Of a stretch of 64,000 bases of DNA, positions 1 to 9,289 are shown one piece after another. Positions within the stretch are counted from its first letter, which is position 1; each line of letters begins with the position of its first letter. The notes under the pieces were generated by a model that saw only the letters and a list, made by a program, of their open reading frames with translations, ran no database searches and was not told the origin of the DNA. The DNA is from a virus, in the IMG/VR virus record IMGVR_UViG_3300049046_000039, positions 1-64,000 of that record; one strand, written 5' to 3'. Both the position numbers and the translations under genes were made by a program.

Positions 1-1
1 C

Positions 2-205
2 AAGATCGACTGGGCGAAGCCCCAGACGGTCGGGTCGGTGATCGACGCTGGCATCGTTCGTATGGACGATATCCGCAACGACCACGACAAGGGCTACATC
101 GTCGTCGGCGCCGAGAACATCAAGGCGCACGAAAAGGCGGCCGCCGAGGCTCACGCCAAGGCTGTCGAAGACGCCAAGAAGCTCCTGGCTTCGGTCGGCA
201 AGTAA
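2..205 (+). CDS. Partial (5'-truncated) hypothetical protein
   Basis: Open frame from the window edge, KIDWAKPQTVGSVIDAGIVRMDDIRNDHDKG...ASVGK, with TAA at 203-205 followed by a hairpin. Confidence 0.7.
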   Translation, partial: KIDWAKPQTVGSVIDAGIVRMDDIRNDHDKGYIVVGAENIKAHEKAAAEAHAKAVEDAKKLLASVGK

Positions 206-211
206 TCCATC

Positions 212-242
212 GGGCCCGGGACTAACAACCCCGGGCCCTTTC
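212..242 (+). terminator. Intrinsic terminator-like hairpin
   Basis: GGGCCCGGG/CCCGGGCCC stem followed by a short T run. Confidence 0.6.
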
Positions 243-314
243 CTGTGCCTCGAGTCTGAGACGACTGGTGACGAAAAGTCGCCACTCTCGAGGTCGATAA
301 ATCGGAGGTAAATC

Positions 315-524
315 ATGGACGATATCGACAAAGAAATATTCGAGTCGCTGAAGTCGCAGTTCGAGACTCTTCTCGGAATGTGCGTCTCGAACTACCGCGA
401 TCAGAACTTCGAGCGCGGTCACCGTCAGTACTCAGCGCTGATCAAGACCTTCAACGACGGTGTAGACTCTCGGATGAAGCTGCTGGAGCGCATCAAAGAG
501 CTGGAATTGCAGCTCGCCGAATAA
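315..524 (+). CDS. Hypothetical protein
   Basis: GGAGG RBS, 69 aa, followed by a terminator. Confidence 0.75.
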   Translation: MDDIDKEIFESLKSQFETLLGMCVSNYRDQNFERGHRQYSALIKTFNDGVDSRMKLLERIKELELQLAE

Positions 525-564
525 ATCGCTAAGTAATTCGACCAATAAATCGATTGAATAATAC

Positions 565-600
565 GAGGGTGCGCTGCATGAGCAGCGGCCCTCTTTTTTT
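565..600 (+). terminator. Intrinsic terminator
   Basis: GAGGG-CGCTGC / GCAGCG-CCCTC stem followed by a T tract. Confidence 0.75.
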
Positions 601-984
601 GCGCCGGATTCGCGAGCGCTCGCACACGAACGAACAGCGGGACGACGACTGGGTTGAGTCTCATAGGGCGTCTGAGAGCGCTGATGAGTTCTGACGAGCG
701 TCTGAGCGTACTGTCGTGCGTGACTACGCGGTGACGAGTGTTAGCACGACAGGGATTTATTTATCCATGCTCGTCGGCATTGCGCGCGCGATCGTATAAA
801 CGCTGGCTGTCAGTATTCTGTTATAGCTGATCACTTCTGTCTATTAGACGAGCTACTACAGCAAGACGTGTATCATTTATACGCGAGTAGTCTATACTCT
901 GTTATCGTGTATAGTCTATACTCTGCTGTAGATGATGATCGCTGTCTACGATTCTGATGATATTCTTCTGTTCTCAGACGAGAG

Positions 985-1407
985 TTAGTAGTCGCTGTAC
1001 GGCGTGCTACTGTCGATGAGGATGTCTTGTAGCTCTCTACTCGTGAAGACGTGCTTCGAGTAGATGACGATGTGCCACTCGAGAGACTCGCAGGAGCTGT
1101 AGTCGAAGAACTTCCGCTCGACGAGATTAAGCGACACGACTCGAACTTCGTGACCAGACTGATCGAGCTGGTTCAGCACGTCTTCGATGCTTCGAGCGCG
1201 ATCGGACGAGCCGTATTCGCGGTGTCTTATCGTCTGATAGACTCCGTTCGTGTCTAGCATCGCGTCTTCGAGGCTGGCCATCAGCTCGAGAGCTTCGGGA
1301 TCGTCGCCCTCTTCGGCGCCCCAGTTCTCCTGCAACTCGAGCAGCAGTCTCTCGAGCACGCTCTTGGACTTCTCGACTAGAGACTTACTTACGACTAGTG
1401 TCGACAC
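985..1407 (-). CDS. Hypothetical protein
   Basis: GTG start with AGGAG RBS; last ORF of the leftward early unit. Confidence 0.65.
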   Translation of the reverse strand: MSTLVVSKSLVEKSKSVLERLLLELQENWGAEEGDDPEALELMASLEDAMLDTNGVYQTIRHREYGSSDRARSIEDVLNQLDQSGHEVRVVSLNLVERKFFDYSSCESLEWHIVIYSKHVFTSRELQDILIDSSTPYSDY

Positions 1408-1551
1408 GACTGCTTCTCCTCGCTTTAATGAAGTGGGACGGTCCGTGCTGAGCTATGACGCCAGTACTCCCGCAGCCCTGACACGGCCAGTAAGTCAGTC
1501 CCAACCATCGCGTGGTGACGTGACTTCCCGAACCGCGGCAGAGCGGACATA

Positions 1552-1770
1552 TCACGACTCGTCGTCCACGATCTTCTCGAGCCTTTCGACGATGCTCGCC
1601 TCGCGCTGAGCGTACTCTTCGCGATACTTCCTGACCGGAGTGTCGCCGTCGAACCGCGGCTTGAAGATGAACGTGCTGTAGTGACGGTCGGCGTCGCTCG
1701 CGATCTTTTCGCGCACGATCTCGATCGCTTCTCGCAGCAGCTCGATCTCGTCTTCGTCTAGCGAGGTCAC
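1552..1770 (-). CDS. Hypothetical protein
   Basis: Tightly packed with its neighbours (GTGA overlap). Confidence 0.65.
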   Translation of the reverse strand: MTSLDEDEIELLREAIEIVREKIASDADRHYSTFIFKPRFDGDTPVRKYREEYAQREASIVERLEKIVDDES

Positions 1771-1973
1771 TGGTCTCTCCTCTCGAGCTCGAGGCTGGCC
1801 ATGCGCAGCTTGAAGAGCACGTCCTCGAGCGGCTCGTCGATCTTCCAGCCACCGTTGTTGTGGTGACCGTTCTCTAGCCGCACGCAGTTCTCCTGCTTGT
1901 CGACGTGTACTGAGATGCCGAGATCGGGAAAGATCACCAGCTTCTCTTTCGTCTTGAGTGTAAACTCGATCAC
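1767..1973 (-). CDS. Hypothetical protein
   Basis: RBS present; packed early ORF. Confidence 0.65.
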   Translation of the reverse strand: MIEFTLKTKEKLVIFPDLGISVHVDKQENCVRLENGHHNNGGWKIDEPLEDVLFKLRMASLELERRDQ

Positions 1974-2119
1974 GTCACTTGCTCTCCTCGGCCCAGAGGT
2001 CGACGATGTCGCCGTCGTTGGTGCAGCCCTTCAGGTCGAAGTCTCGACTCCTCTCGCCGACCGACGTCGTTACGCTGATACGCGCGAACGGGTCGCACTT
2101 CTGTAGAGCTGCAATGAGT

Positions 2120-2395
2120 TCATGCACGAGCATTCGTTCTCTCCTTACGCTTGAGGGCGATCATCAGGTTGCGGCTCTCGCGCATGTAGAGCCGCCACTC
2201 GTTCTTGAGCTCGCGAGCGATGCGCTTCTTGCTGAAGCCCATCATGCGCATCAGCGACTCGCTCTCGTTCAGGTCGACGCGCTGGTACGACATGAACCTT
2301 CGGATGTCGGTCCTCGTAGCTCGCTCGAGCGGAATGAGCTCGTCGACGTAGCCGTCCTCGCCACCGACGTAGCGTACTCGCGTGATGTTCATCAT
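2120..2395 (-). CDS. Hypothetical protein
   Basis: AGGAG RBS. Confidence 0.65.
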   Translation of the reverse strand: MMNITRVRYVGGEDGYVDELIPLERATRTDIRRFMSYQRVDLNESESLMRMMGFSKKRIARELKNEWRLYMRESRNLMIALKRKERTNARA

Positions 2396-2405
2396 GATCT
2401 GTCTC

Positions 2406-2699
2406 CTAGATGTACATCGAGGGGTGACCCATCGGGTCGGCGTAGTAGAAGCGCTCGTGATAGATGTCGTTGGCTCGAGCGATCGTCAGACCGGTCAGGA
2501 TCAAGAACCGAGCCTGGATGTACTCGTCGTCGTAGACGCGAGCCTCCTGGACTCCATTGATCGTGAACTGACCGTAGCCGAGGCCGCCCTCGCGAAGCTG
2601 GATGACTGTGCCGTCCGTCTTGGTGAACGTGATCTCGGACCACGAGTACGGATCGTGCCTCGGGCCTTCAGTGCCGGAGCGAATCGAAATTCTTGCCAT
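2406..2699 (-). CDS. Hypothetical early protein
   Basis: ATG at 2699 after AGGAGG and an early promoter. Confidence 0.7.
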   Translation of the reverse strand: MARISIRSGTEGPRHDPYSWSEITFTKTDGTVIQLREGGLGYGQFTINGVQEARVYDDEYIQARFLILTGLTIARANDIYHERFYYADPMGHPSMYI

Positions 2700-2721
2700 A
2701 ACTAACACCTCCTATTCTGTA

Positions 2722-2762
2722 ATTCTATCACAAGGTGTGGCAGTTGTAAAGGACTATGTTAT
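2722..2762 (-). promoter_or_regulatory. Early promoter
   Basis: ATAACATAGTCC-TTTACA-N17-TAGAAT; repeated at 4153, 7638 and 9248. Confidence 0.8.
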
Positions 2763-2770
2763 CGCTCGAT

Positions 2771-3139
2771 TCAGTCCATCATCGGGACGTGCTTCTCGAT
2801 GTAGTCCGCGATGTCCTCGAACGTATAGTCTCCGGAATCGTTCATCTGCATCAGAGTTCGAATATTGCTGTATCCGTAGATGAAGTGCTTCATCTCGAAG
2901 TTCTTGTCGAGCAGTGCCGTGCTTCGAAAGAACATGTATTTGTCAGACCTCGGAAAGTTAAACGTGTAGGTTAGCGACCCTCCGAGTATCTCGTTCGGCA
3001 CTTCGCATACTTCAGCCAGCACGCCGAGACAGCAGTGTCGCGTTTCGCCGTCAAAGTCGATCTGCTTGAGACACGTCTTGCCCTGCTTGTAGTCGCCGGA
3101 TCGAAGCGCTTCGACCCACTTCTTCTTGATCTCGCTCAT
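2771..3139 (-). CDS. Hypothetical protein (WVEALRSG family), paralog 1
   Basis: KWVEALRSG.Y.QG...HCCLGVL...ND.G..FE.IADYIE shared with the next ORF. Confidence 0.8.
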   Translation of the reverse strand: MSEIKKKWVEALRSGDYKQGKTCLKQIDFDGETRHCCLGVLAEVCEVPNEILGGSLTYTFNFPRSDKYMFFRSTALLDKNFEMKHFIYGYSNIRTLMQMNDSGDYTFEDIADYIEKHVPMMD

Positions 3140-3516
3140 GCTGGTTCCTTCATTCTGACCTTAGACTCGATGTAGTCGGCGATCTCTTCGAAGCTCTTTC
3201 CAGCGTCGTTGAGCTCGATCAGCTTCCACGGGTCGTTCTCGCTCGAGAAGTGCTGATTTACGAAATTGTACGGAAGCGTAGCCGTGGAGCGAGAAGTAAC
3301 GCCTCTGAACACGTAGCCGTGAATGGCCACACCCTCGTCCATGTGCATCTTGATGTGTGGAATTTCTGCGACCTCGCACAGAACACCGAGACAGCAGTGA
3401 TACGTCCTGCCGTTCTCGACCTTCCTCAGCTTTCCCTGTCCCTGTTCGTACTCACCCGATCGAAGAGCCTCGACCCACTTCCTCTTGAGTGCTGACCCAC
3501 GAAACTTTTTCGGCAT
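3136..3516 (-). CDS. Hypothetical protein (WVEALRSG family), paralog 2
   Basis: Same motifs as 2771..3139. Confidence 0.8.
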   Translation of the reverse strand: MPKKFRGSALKRKWVEALRSGEYEQGQGKLRKVENGRTYHCCLGVLCEVAEIPHIKMHMDEGVAIHGYVFRGVTSRSTATLPYNFVNQHFSSENDPWKLIELNDAGKSFEEIADYIESKVRMKEPA

Positions 3517-3631
3517 CTCTCGTCCCTAGAATATAAGCGTTAGTGCTTTCACTACTATAGCCACCAAGACCCACGATAGTAGTGCGGCGTTGAATATCAC
3601 GTAAATCTTCTCGTGATGAGTGAGTGGTCTA

Positions 3632-3823
3632 TTATCCATCGAAGTAGAACTTCTCGCTCTCCTTGTCCTGTATCACAGCGAGGCCGAAGCCGCCGTCCCA
3701 GATTCGCACGTTGTCGTACTCGTAGTGCGGCTTGTCGGCCGACCACTCGTTGTGCTTGAGATGATCTTCTGCCTCGGACGTAATGTCCTCCAGCTGGCTA
3801 TAGTCTACCGTGTAGTGAGCCAA
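3632..3823 (-). CDS. Hypothetical protein
   Basis: AGGAG RBS, TTG start. Confidence 0.55.
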   Translation of the reverse strand: MAHYTVDYSQLEDITSEAEDHLKHNEWSADKPHYEYDNVRIWDGGFGLAVIQDKESEKFYFDG

Positions 3824-3833
3824 CGCGCGTCTC

Positions 3834-4133
3834 CTATCTCAGAGGTTCTAACATGTGATTGATGCACGACTTGAAGTGCGAGAACAGCGGCTCGACGCGT
3901 CCTTCGTGCACTCGTGCAGGAACGTCCTCGTAGTACGTGTCGTAGAAGACGAGAGCGAGATTATCGTCGATAATCATGATACACGTCATGCACTTCTGGT
4001 CGCACATGTAAGACCAGCATCCGATCTCGGGATGAAACGTGAGCTCGTCGAAGATAGTCACGGTACCGAGACCAGAGTGGCTGCCTATCGACAGGTTGAC
4101 CGAGTCGATGTAGGCTTGAAGTTCTTCTCTCAT
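3834..4133 (-). CDS. Hypothetical early protein
   Basis: AGGAGG RBS directly after an early promoter. Confidence 0.65.
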   Translation of the reverse strand: MREELQAYIDSVNLSIGSHSGLGTVTIFDELTFHPEIGCWSYMCDQKCMTCIMIIDDNLALVFYDTYYEDVPARVHEGRVEPLFSHFKSCINHMLEPLR

Positions 4134-4152
4134 ACACACCTCCTATTCTCTT

Positions 4153-4192
4153 ATTCTATCATAGAGAGTGGTGGTTGTAAAGGACTATGTTA
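4153..4192 (-). promoter_or_regulatory. Early promoter
   Basis: TTTACA-N17-TAGAAT with the same upstream ATAACATAGTCC. Confidence 0.8.
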
Positions 4193-4196
4193 TAGC

Positions 4197-4376
4197 CTAG
4201 ATCGTAGTCGCCTGAATTACGGGCTTACCGTCCTTCTCGACCAGATAGCCGTGGACCATGTGACGGCTGCCGCGCGAAGGCTGGAAGTGAGCTACTGCTT
4301 TCTCCTTCGCTTCGAGCATCGAGTCCGCGCGGATTTCAGTCTTTCGACCACTGTAGAAGAACACGTAACCGTTCAC
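4197..4376 (-). CDS. Hypothetical protein
   Basis: GTG at 4376 after AAGGAG; MNGYVFFYSGRK... Confidence 0.55.
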   Translation of the reverse strand: MNGYVFFYSGRKTEIRADSMLEAKEKAVAHFQPSRGSRHMVHGYLVEKDGKPVIQATTI

Positions 4377-4588
4377 TGCTGATGCTCCTTCATTCGCAAG
4401 CCGACGTACTCGCCGTCCTCGAGCTGACCGTTGAGATAGTGCGATCCTTCGTCGCACTCGACGTAGAGGTATCCTTCGTGGTCGACGTGGACTGTCTTCT
4501 CCTCGCCTTCCTTCATGCACGTAAAGCCGCCGTCTGTGACTACGACGATGCCGGCTTTCGCTTCCTCGATGGTGAGATAGTCGCTCAT
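4373..4588 (-). CDS. Hypothetical protein
   Basis: TAATG coupling; DGGFTCM...LYVEC..GSHYL.GQ. Confidence 0.7.
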   Translation of the reverse strand: MSDYLTIEEAKAGIVVVTDGGFTCMKEGEEKTVHVDHEGYLYVECDEGSHYLNGQLEDGEYVGLRMKEHQQ

Positions 4589-4811
4589 TACAGCTCCTCG
4601 ACTACGGTCAGACTTACTCGAGCGATGCGCACACCGTATCGACTAGCGATAGCTTCGTACACGACGTCGACAGAGTCGACCATCTGATGGTCTACGGTGA
4701 TGCCACCCTGCTCGAGATACTTGTTCTTGGCGTCTCGAATGTTAGTCGAGAGTGTCTCGGCCATTATGTATCCGTCTCTAGAGACTGCGGCGTAATACTT
4801 CTGCTCCCCCA
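4588..4811 (-). CDS. Hypothetical protein (start uncertain)
   Basis: 3' part of ORF 4588..4881; the likely start lies just after the upstream gene's stop. Confidence 0.5.
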
Positions 4812-4813
4812 CG

Positions 4814-5038
4814 TCACGCTCCCCAGTAGTTGTAGTCGCCTTCGTACTCGGCGTTGGCTCGCTCGTAGATGAGTCGCTCACGCTCGCGAGTCTGCTCCTC
4901 GTCTTCGAGCTGGTCGACGCGAGACTCGGGATACATCTCCTCGAGCTCTTCGTAAGCCTTGTCGCGAGTCTCGGCTTCGAGCGACACGCCGAACTCGCAG
5001 CCAGTCTCGTCGATCATTACAGCGTGATACTTGGTCAA
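4814..5038 (-). CDS. Hypothetical protein
   Basis: AGGAG RBS; acidic small protein. Confidence 0.65.
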   Translation of the reverse strand: MTKYHAVMIDETGCEFGVSLEAETRDKAYEELEEMYPESRVDQLEDEEQTRERERLIYERANAEYEGDYNYWGA

Positions 5039-5286
5039 GACACGTACTCCTCTTCTCGAATGTCACGCACTATCGTCGCGATCTTGACGTTCTCGTACTT
5101 CTTGCCGTCCGAAGCGAAAATCTTCCACGTGGCGAGAAGCTCTGAGATTGACGAAAAGTATCCGTAGTACTCCTCGCTACAGCTGTTAGGCTCATCGTAC
5201 AAGACGACGTACCACTTCATGGGTTCGGGCTTCTTAGCGAAGACGGGACCTAGAAACCACTCGATCAAAGCTTTCATGACTTCCAC
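5035..5286 (-). CDS. Hypothetical protein
   Basis: Packed early ORF. Confidence 0.6.
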   Translation of the reverse strand: MEVMKALIEWFLGPVFAKKPEPMKWYVVLYDEPNSCSEEYYGYFSSISELLATWKIFASDGKKYENVKIATIVRDIREEEYVS

Positions 5287-5492
5287 TCCTCGCTAAACAA
5301 AAGCGTCCCGTCATCGAATCGAATGCCAAGCTGGACTTCTGATTCGCGCATCACGACTCGCTGTCCTATGCGGTTCTTTACGACGACGTGTCTGACTAGC
5401 TCAGAGTCGTCGATGTCAGAGAACGTGCAGAGAACGGGTGAGACGATGTTCTCACCTAGACCGTTCACCCACTTCGCTACGACTCTGGCCAT
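5274..5492 (-). CDS. Hypothetical protein
   Basis: TGATG coupling at 5492. Confidence 0.55.
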   Translation of the reverse strand: MARVVAKWVNGLGENIVSPVLCTFSDIDDSELVRHVVVKNRIGQRVVMRESEVQLGIRFDDGTLLFSEEWKS

Positions 5493-5676
5493 CAGGCTTT
5501 CTCGCACTTCTTGATCGTGACTTCGAAAAGCTCCTGGCCGATCCAGAGGACGAACTTGTCGGGCTCGGTGCTACCGTTGGTAAGCATTACCTCGGTGTCG
5601 TGGCTGAGGTTCTCGCCAGTGAGGAAGTTGCGAAGTTGTTCGATAAGCTGCTTGACAGACACGACTTTCTCCTGTG

Positions 5677-5907
5677 TTATACGTCTCTCTTGATGGAGAG
5701 AGACAGACCGCGCTCGAAGTTAGTGATAGAGACTTTCTTTCCCTGCTTAACGTCGTTCTTCTGACTTTCGGTCAGATCGAAGTCGCTTTCAGAGATAGAG
5801 TAGACGTAGTTCCACTGCGCGTACCAGAGTATAGCGTTAGCAAACGGCGCCTTCTTCCATTGAATAGAGCGCTTGCGAACTAGGTCGTACACTTCAACGT
5901 GGAACAT
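5677..5907 (-). CDS. Hypothetical early protein
   Basis: Follows promoter 5932-5960. Confidence 0.6.
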   Translation of the reverse strand: MFHVEVYDLVRKRSIQWKKAPFANAILWYAQWNYVYSISESDFDLTESQKNDVKQGKKVSITNFERGLSLSIKRDV

Positions 5908-5931
5908 TTTTGGTACCCTCTTTACTCTATA

Positions 5932-5960
5932 ATCTTATAACATTTTTTATCACATGTAAA
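5932..5960 (-). promoter_or_regulatory. Early promoter
   Basis: TTTACA-N17-TAAGAT. Confidence 0.65.
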
Positions 5961-5979
5961 TATTCATTTTACACGGTCG

Positions 5980-6021
5980 AAAAAAAAGTGCCCTCTCAGT
6001 TCGTGGCCGAGAGGGCACTTT
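5980..6021 (-). terminator. Intrinsic terminator
   Basis: AAAGTGCCCTCTC/GAGAGGGCACTTT stem with a T tract on the minus strand. Confidence 0.8.
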
Positions 6022-6049
6022 CGTATCTTGTCGAGTGCATTACGCCGTA

Positions 6050-6301
6050 CTACACGGGTTCGAGAGAGCACTCCAGACACTCGGCGAGAGTGAGGCAGTC
6101 AGGCTGAAGCCACTCGCCTTCGCCTGTCAGGACAAAAGCGCTGTGGACCTTCATTCCGTACTTTTCCTCGAGATCGTAGACGATCGATATCAGATCGTCA
6201 TCATCACGAACGTCAATCGGAACGCTGCTAGCGTTTGGTTCGTGGTCGTAGACTTTCACGACGTAGTGCGTCTTGGTGCCGTTCTCTGCCAGAATGTACA
6301 T
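6050..6301 (-). CDS. Hypothetical protein
   Basis: AAGGAG RBS; ends before a terminator. Confidence 0.65.
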   Translation of the reverse strand: MYILAENGTKTHYVVKVYDHEPNASSVPIDVRDDDDLISIVYDLEEKYGMKVHSAFVLTGEGEWLQPDCLTLAECLECSLEPV

Positions 6302-6305
6302 GAGT

Positions 6306-6608
6306 CTACTCCTTGTGTTCGAGGGCCTTGAGGATGGTGGTGTTGTGCTTGAAGTAGTCGCGAAGAGACGCGTCGTCCATGTCGCATATCACGGACTCGT
6401 AGTGCGCTGCCTCTTCGCAGAACCAGGCTTCGGTGCGCTCGTCTTCGATACATCCACTTGCGAGATTGACCACGTCAAACTCTGCGCTACCGGTGCAGGT
6501 CGAGTCTATCGTGGTCGCACTATCTTTGAGAACGTGCTCGAAGCCGAGGTTGATGATCGCGGCGATCGCAGACACTCTACCGATGAGCTTCTGGCGGTCA
6601 CTCGTCAT
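6306..6608 (-). CDS. Hypothetical protein
   Basis: Packed early ORF. Confidence 0.6.
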   Translation of the reverse strand: MTSDRQKLIGRVSAIAAIINLGFEHVLKDSATTIDSTCTGSAEFDVVNLASGCIEDERTEAWFCEEAAHYESVICDMDDASLRDYFKHNTTILKALEHKE

Positions 6609-6828
6609 TCATACCACCTTCGATCAAGAGCCAGCGGTCGTCTTCCTGTCTCTCGTACTTCTGCCCGAAGCCTACGCCCAGTCGACACCTGTAGGCTTCG
6701 AACGCTTCCTGGCCGATGTTACCCCACTGACCCGTGGGAAGCCGAGCGTCGTACATAACGTCGCCGAGCGGCTTGTTCGTGATCTGGCAGTGCGTGATCT
6801 TGCCGTTCCAGTACACGGGCTTACTCAT
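6598..6828 (-). CDS. Hypothetical protein
   Basis: YDARL..GQW...LGVGFGQKY motif resembling small phage proteins. Confidence 0.7.
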   Translation of the reverse strand: MSKPVYWNGKITHCQITNKPLGDVMYDARLPTGQWGNIGQEAFEAYRCRLGVGFGQKYERQEDDRWLLIEGGMNDE

Positions 6829-6927
6829 TGAAGCATCTCCGTAATGCTGATGGGTTGCGGGTTCACGTCCATGATGACGATGTCCGTCGCGTCAGGAAAC
6901 ATCTCGCGCAAGTCGACGAGAGTGCTG

Positions 6928-7209
6928 TCAAGCGAGATCAGATGCTCGGTCGGCGTGCTGCCACTTCCATACGATACGTGGATTAGGATCATATGCGTGC
7001 TCCTTGTTCGAAAATTCCGGATCGATGACTGACGTGGCTGCGTTGAATCGAGACAGACGCTGCTTCTTCGTCGCGATGACGTATGCAGCGTGGCCGATGT
7101 TCTCGTAGTGAGTCCACGGTGCTTTGCCCTTGGCAGTGACGCCCTTCTTGATCTCCAGCATGTCGCATAGCTCGTTAGCCGGAGTCAGCGTGATCGGTTC
7201 GAATCCCAT
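6928..7209 (-). CDS. Hypothetical protein
   Basis: ATG at 7209 after AGGGG. Confidence 0.55.
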   Translation of the reverse strand: MGFEPITLTPANELCDMLEIKKGVTAKGKAPWTHYENIGHAAYVIATKKQRLSRFNAATSVIDPEFSNKEHAYDPNPRIVWKWQHADRASDLA

Positions 7210-7222
7210 GTTATGCCCCCTG

Positions 7223-7627
7223 TTAGTAGTATACAACGTGAGGATGACCATCCTCGAACGCTTCGGCCGCAAGATCGCGAGTGTGAGACTGCGGCGTGAT
7301 CTTGTCCGGCGACACGAAGTAGCTATGGTCAGGCCCTTCAAGCGAATCATGATAGTCGCTCCTCCACTTCTTGAAAGCCGCGACGCTGCTGAAGCCATCC
7401 ATCACTCGCTCGGAGTAATACTTGGTGCAGTCGCAGTCCATGCCGGATCGAACGAAGCCGATCTTGCCGTCGCGCTGATTGTCGTTGAGAATGGCTCGAA
7501 GCCTGGCGTTTTCGTCGCATACCGCAGCCCGATAGTTACGGGGACCGCGCTCTTCGATAAGATCGCGCATGCCACGCCGGAAAGCCCGCTTCACTTTGTT
7601 GGTAAAGATCATTCCATACCTCCTCAT
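7223..7627 (-). CDS. Hypothetical early protein
   Basis: Downstream of an early promoter; C-terminal RDLAAEAFEDGHPHVVY. Confidence 0.7.
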   Translation of the reverse strand: MRRYGMIFTNKVKRAFRRGMRDLIEERGPRNYRAAVCDENARLRAILNDNQRDGKIGFVRSGMDCDCTKYYSERVMDGFSSVAAFKKWRSDYHDSLEGPDHSYFVSPDKITPQSHTRDLAAEAFEDGHPHVVYY

Positions 7628-7637
7628 CTGATAGCTA

Positions 7638-7678
7638 ATTCTATAACAACCAGTATCAAATGTAAAGGACTTTGTTAT
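7638..7678 (-). promoter_or_regulatory. Early promoter
   Basis: ATAACAAAGTCC-TTTACA-N17-TAGAAT. Confidence 0.8.
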
Positions 7679-8054
7679 CGTAATGATCCTACGCCAATAC
7701 GACCTGCCGAGGTTCGACCTTTTCGGTAAGAGTTACCTTCTCGTAGGTTCCACCGATAGAAGTAGAGGTTCCTGCAGCTCGAACCTCGTCGGCGTAGTCA
7801 ACGATTGCCTTACCAGAAGCGTCGCGAACACGAAAGAAAGTTGAAACAACACTCATGACGAACTCCATACTTACTGTGGTAGTGGTCTAGCCACTGTCTC
7901 GATGACTGTCTTCTTGTCGACGATGTCGAATCTCGCTACGACTGGACTGGTGTACATCCACGTCAGATTGCGATACCAACGCGTGGACTTGTATCTGCTT
8001 CCTGCCCACGTAAAGCAGTACTCTTTAACGAGGCGGCCTCGCCCGTTGTAGGCT

Positions 8055-8262
8055 TTAATCTTCAGGAACAATGAGGTCGAGCTGCGCTTGCTGTTCTTCG
8101 AGAAACTCGACTTCCTCTGAAGACAGGCCGTAGTACTCGTACGGATCGACAGCGAATCGACCACACTCGCTCTCACGAGGATAGATGATCATCGTGTCTT
8201 TCACGACGACTCCCATGCACGGATTGCCATTGCAGTCGGTTGTTGGTTGAAGTCTTGACATG
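8055..8262 (-). CDS. Hypothetical protein
   Basis: AGGAGG RBS before MSRLQP. Confidence 0.55.
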
Positions 8263-8271
8263 TTCGCCCTC

Positions 8272-8526
8272 CTAAAGTACGCCAAGATGAGTGAGATAGC
8301 TGTCGACGATGAAGTCAGTGACAGGATTCACGGACCGACCAGCGAAGTCGACGTATACGCTAGCCAACCAGGGAGACTCGTCCAGGAGATGGTCGGCGTA
8401 GTCGAGCTGCTGCTCTTCGAGCCCGAGCTTGTCGAGCGGAATGTCGTCAGGCTTGATAGCCTCGCTAGACATGAGAACTTTGTTGTGAATGTTCGAGAGA
8501 AGTTCTCGTACCTTAGCGTGCTGCAT
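8272..8526 (-). CDS. Hypothetical protein
   Basis: TAATG coupling. Confidence 0.6.
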   Translation of the reverse strand: MQHAKVRELLSNIHNKVLMSSEAIKPDDIPLDKLGLEEQQLDYADHLLDESPWLASVYVDFAGRSVNPVTDFIVDSYLTHLGVL

Positions 8527-8858
8527 TACCTACATCTTCCCCACTCTAGTGCCCTGACCGCAGCCGGGTCGAGATAGCCCTGAGGCGAAGACTCGGCGAG
8601 ATACACGACCTCCTTGACTTCTTGCTTGTCCTCGTCTTCTTCAAAGACGACCTCACCGCGATCAGCCTGGCGCTCAGCTCGCTCCTGCTCTTCCTCGGAC
8701 ATAGCTTCGAAACGTTCCCGAGTGATGACGCGCGGCTTCTCAGTCTTTACGACTTGGCCAATCGACATTTCGAGAGGCCAAGAGGGCTGATAAGCGATGC
8801 GCACTTCGAGCTCTGGGTCGAACTCTTGAAGCGCTTCGATGAGATCGCCTACTCGCAC
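8526..8858 (-). CDS. Hypothetical protein
   Basis: M.V.DLIE.LQ.FDPE.EVRIA.QPSWP motif typical of small phage proteins. Confidence 0.7.
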   Translation of the reverse strand: MRVGDLIEALQEFDPELEVRIAYQPSWPLEMSIGQVVKTEKPRVITRERFEAMSEEEQERAERQADRGEVVFEEDEDKQEVKEVVYLAESSPQGYLDPAAVRALEWGRCR

Positions 8859-9220
8859 GACACGGTCTCCTTCTGAGACTGCAGCCGCTGGCGCTCGTTG
8901 TAGTTGGCGGTCATCATCTGCGCTTCGAAGATTCGCTTCATCCAGCTGGCGCGAGTCTCGTTGCTGACGTTGGTGCGAAGGCCGACGTACTTCATGACGG
9001 TCTCAGGAGTCATGTTCCTGTTCGCGTCATCGTGAACGTTGAAGCCGCCGAGCATGTTGGCGCGAACGGCGAACTCGACGTAGTTCGCCTCGGTGATCTG
9101 GCCGATGCCGACGGCCATCGTCGTGAAGATGATGTTCTGGCACTCGACGGTCATGTAACCGTCGACGAAGCACACCTCGCTGCGGTTCTTGATCTGCGAA
9201 AGGTCATAATCGAGACTCAT
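8849..9220 (-). CDS. Hypothetical early protein
   Basis: AAGGAG RBS after an early promoter. Confidence 0.7.
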   Translation of the reverse strand: MSLDYDLSQIKNRSEVCFVDGYMTVECQNIIFTTMAVGIGQITEANYVEFAVRANMLGGFNVHDDANRNMTPETVMKYVGLRTNVSNETRASWMKRIFEAQMMTANYNERQRLQSQKETVSCE

Positions 9221-9247
9221 GATACACTCCTTCTCAATTGATAACCC

Positions 9248-9288
9248 ATTCTATAACGAGGGATATGGTATGTAAAGGACTTTGTTAT
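9248..9288 (-). promoter_or_regulatory. Early promoter
   Basis: ATAACAAAGTCC-TTTACA-N17-TAGAAT. Confidence 0.8.
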
Positions 9289-9289
9289 C

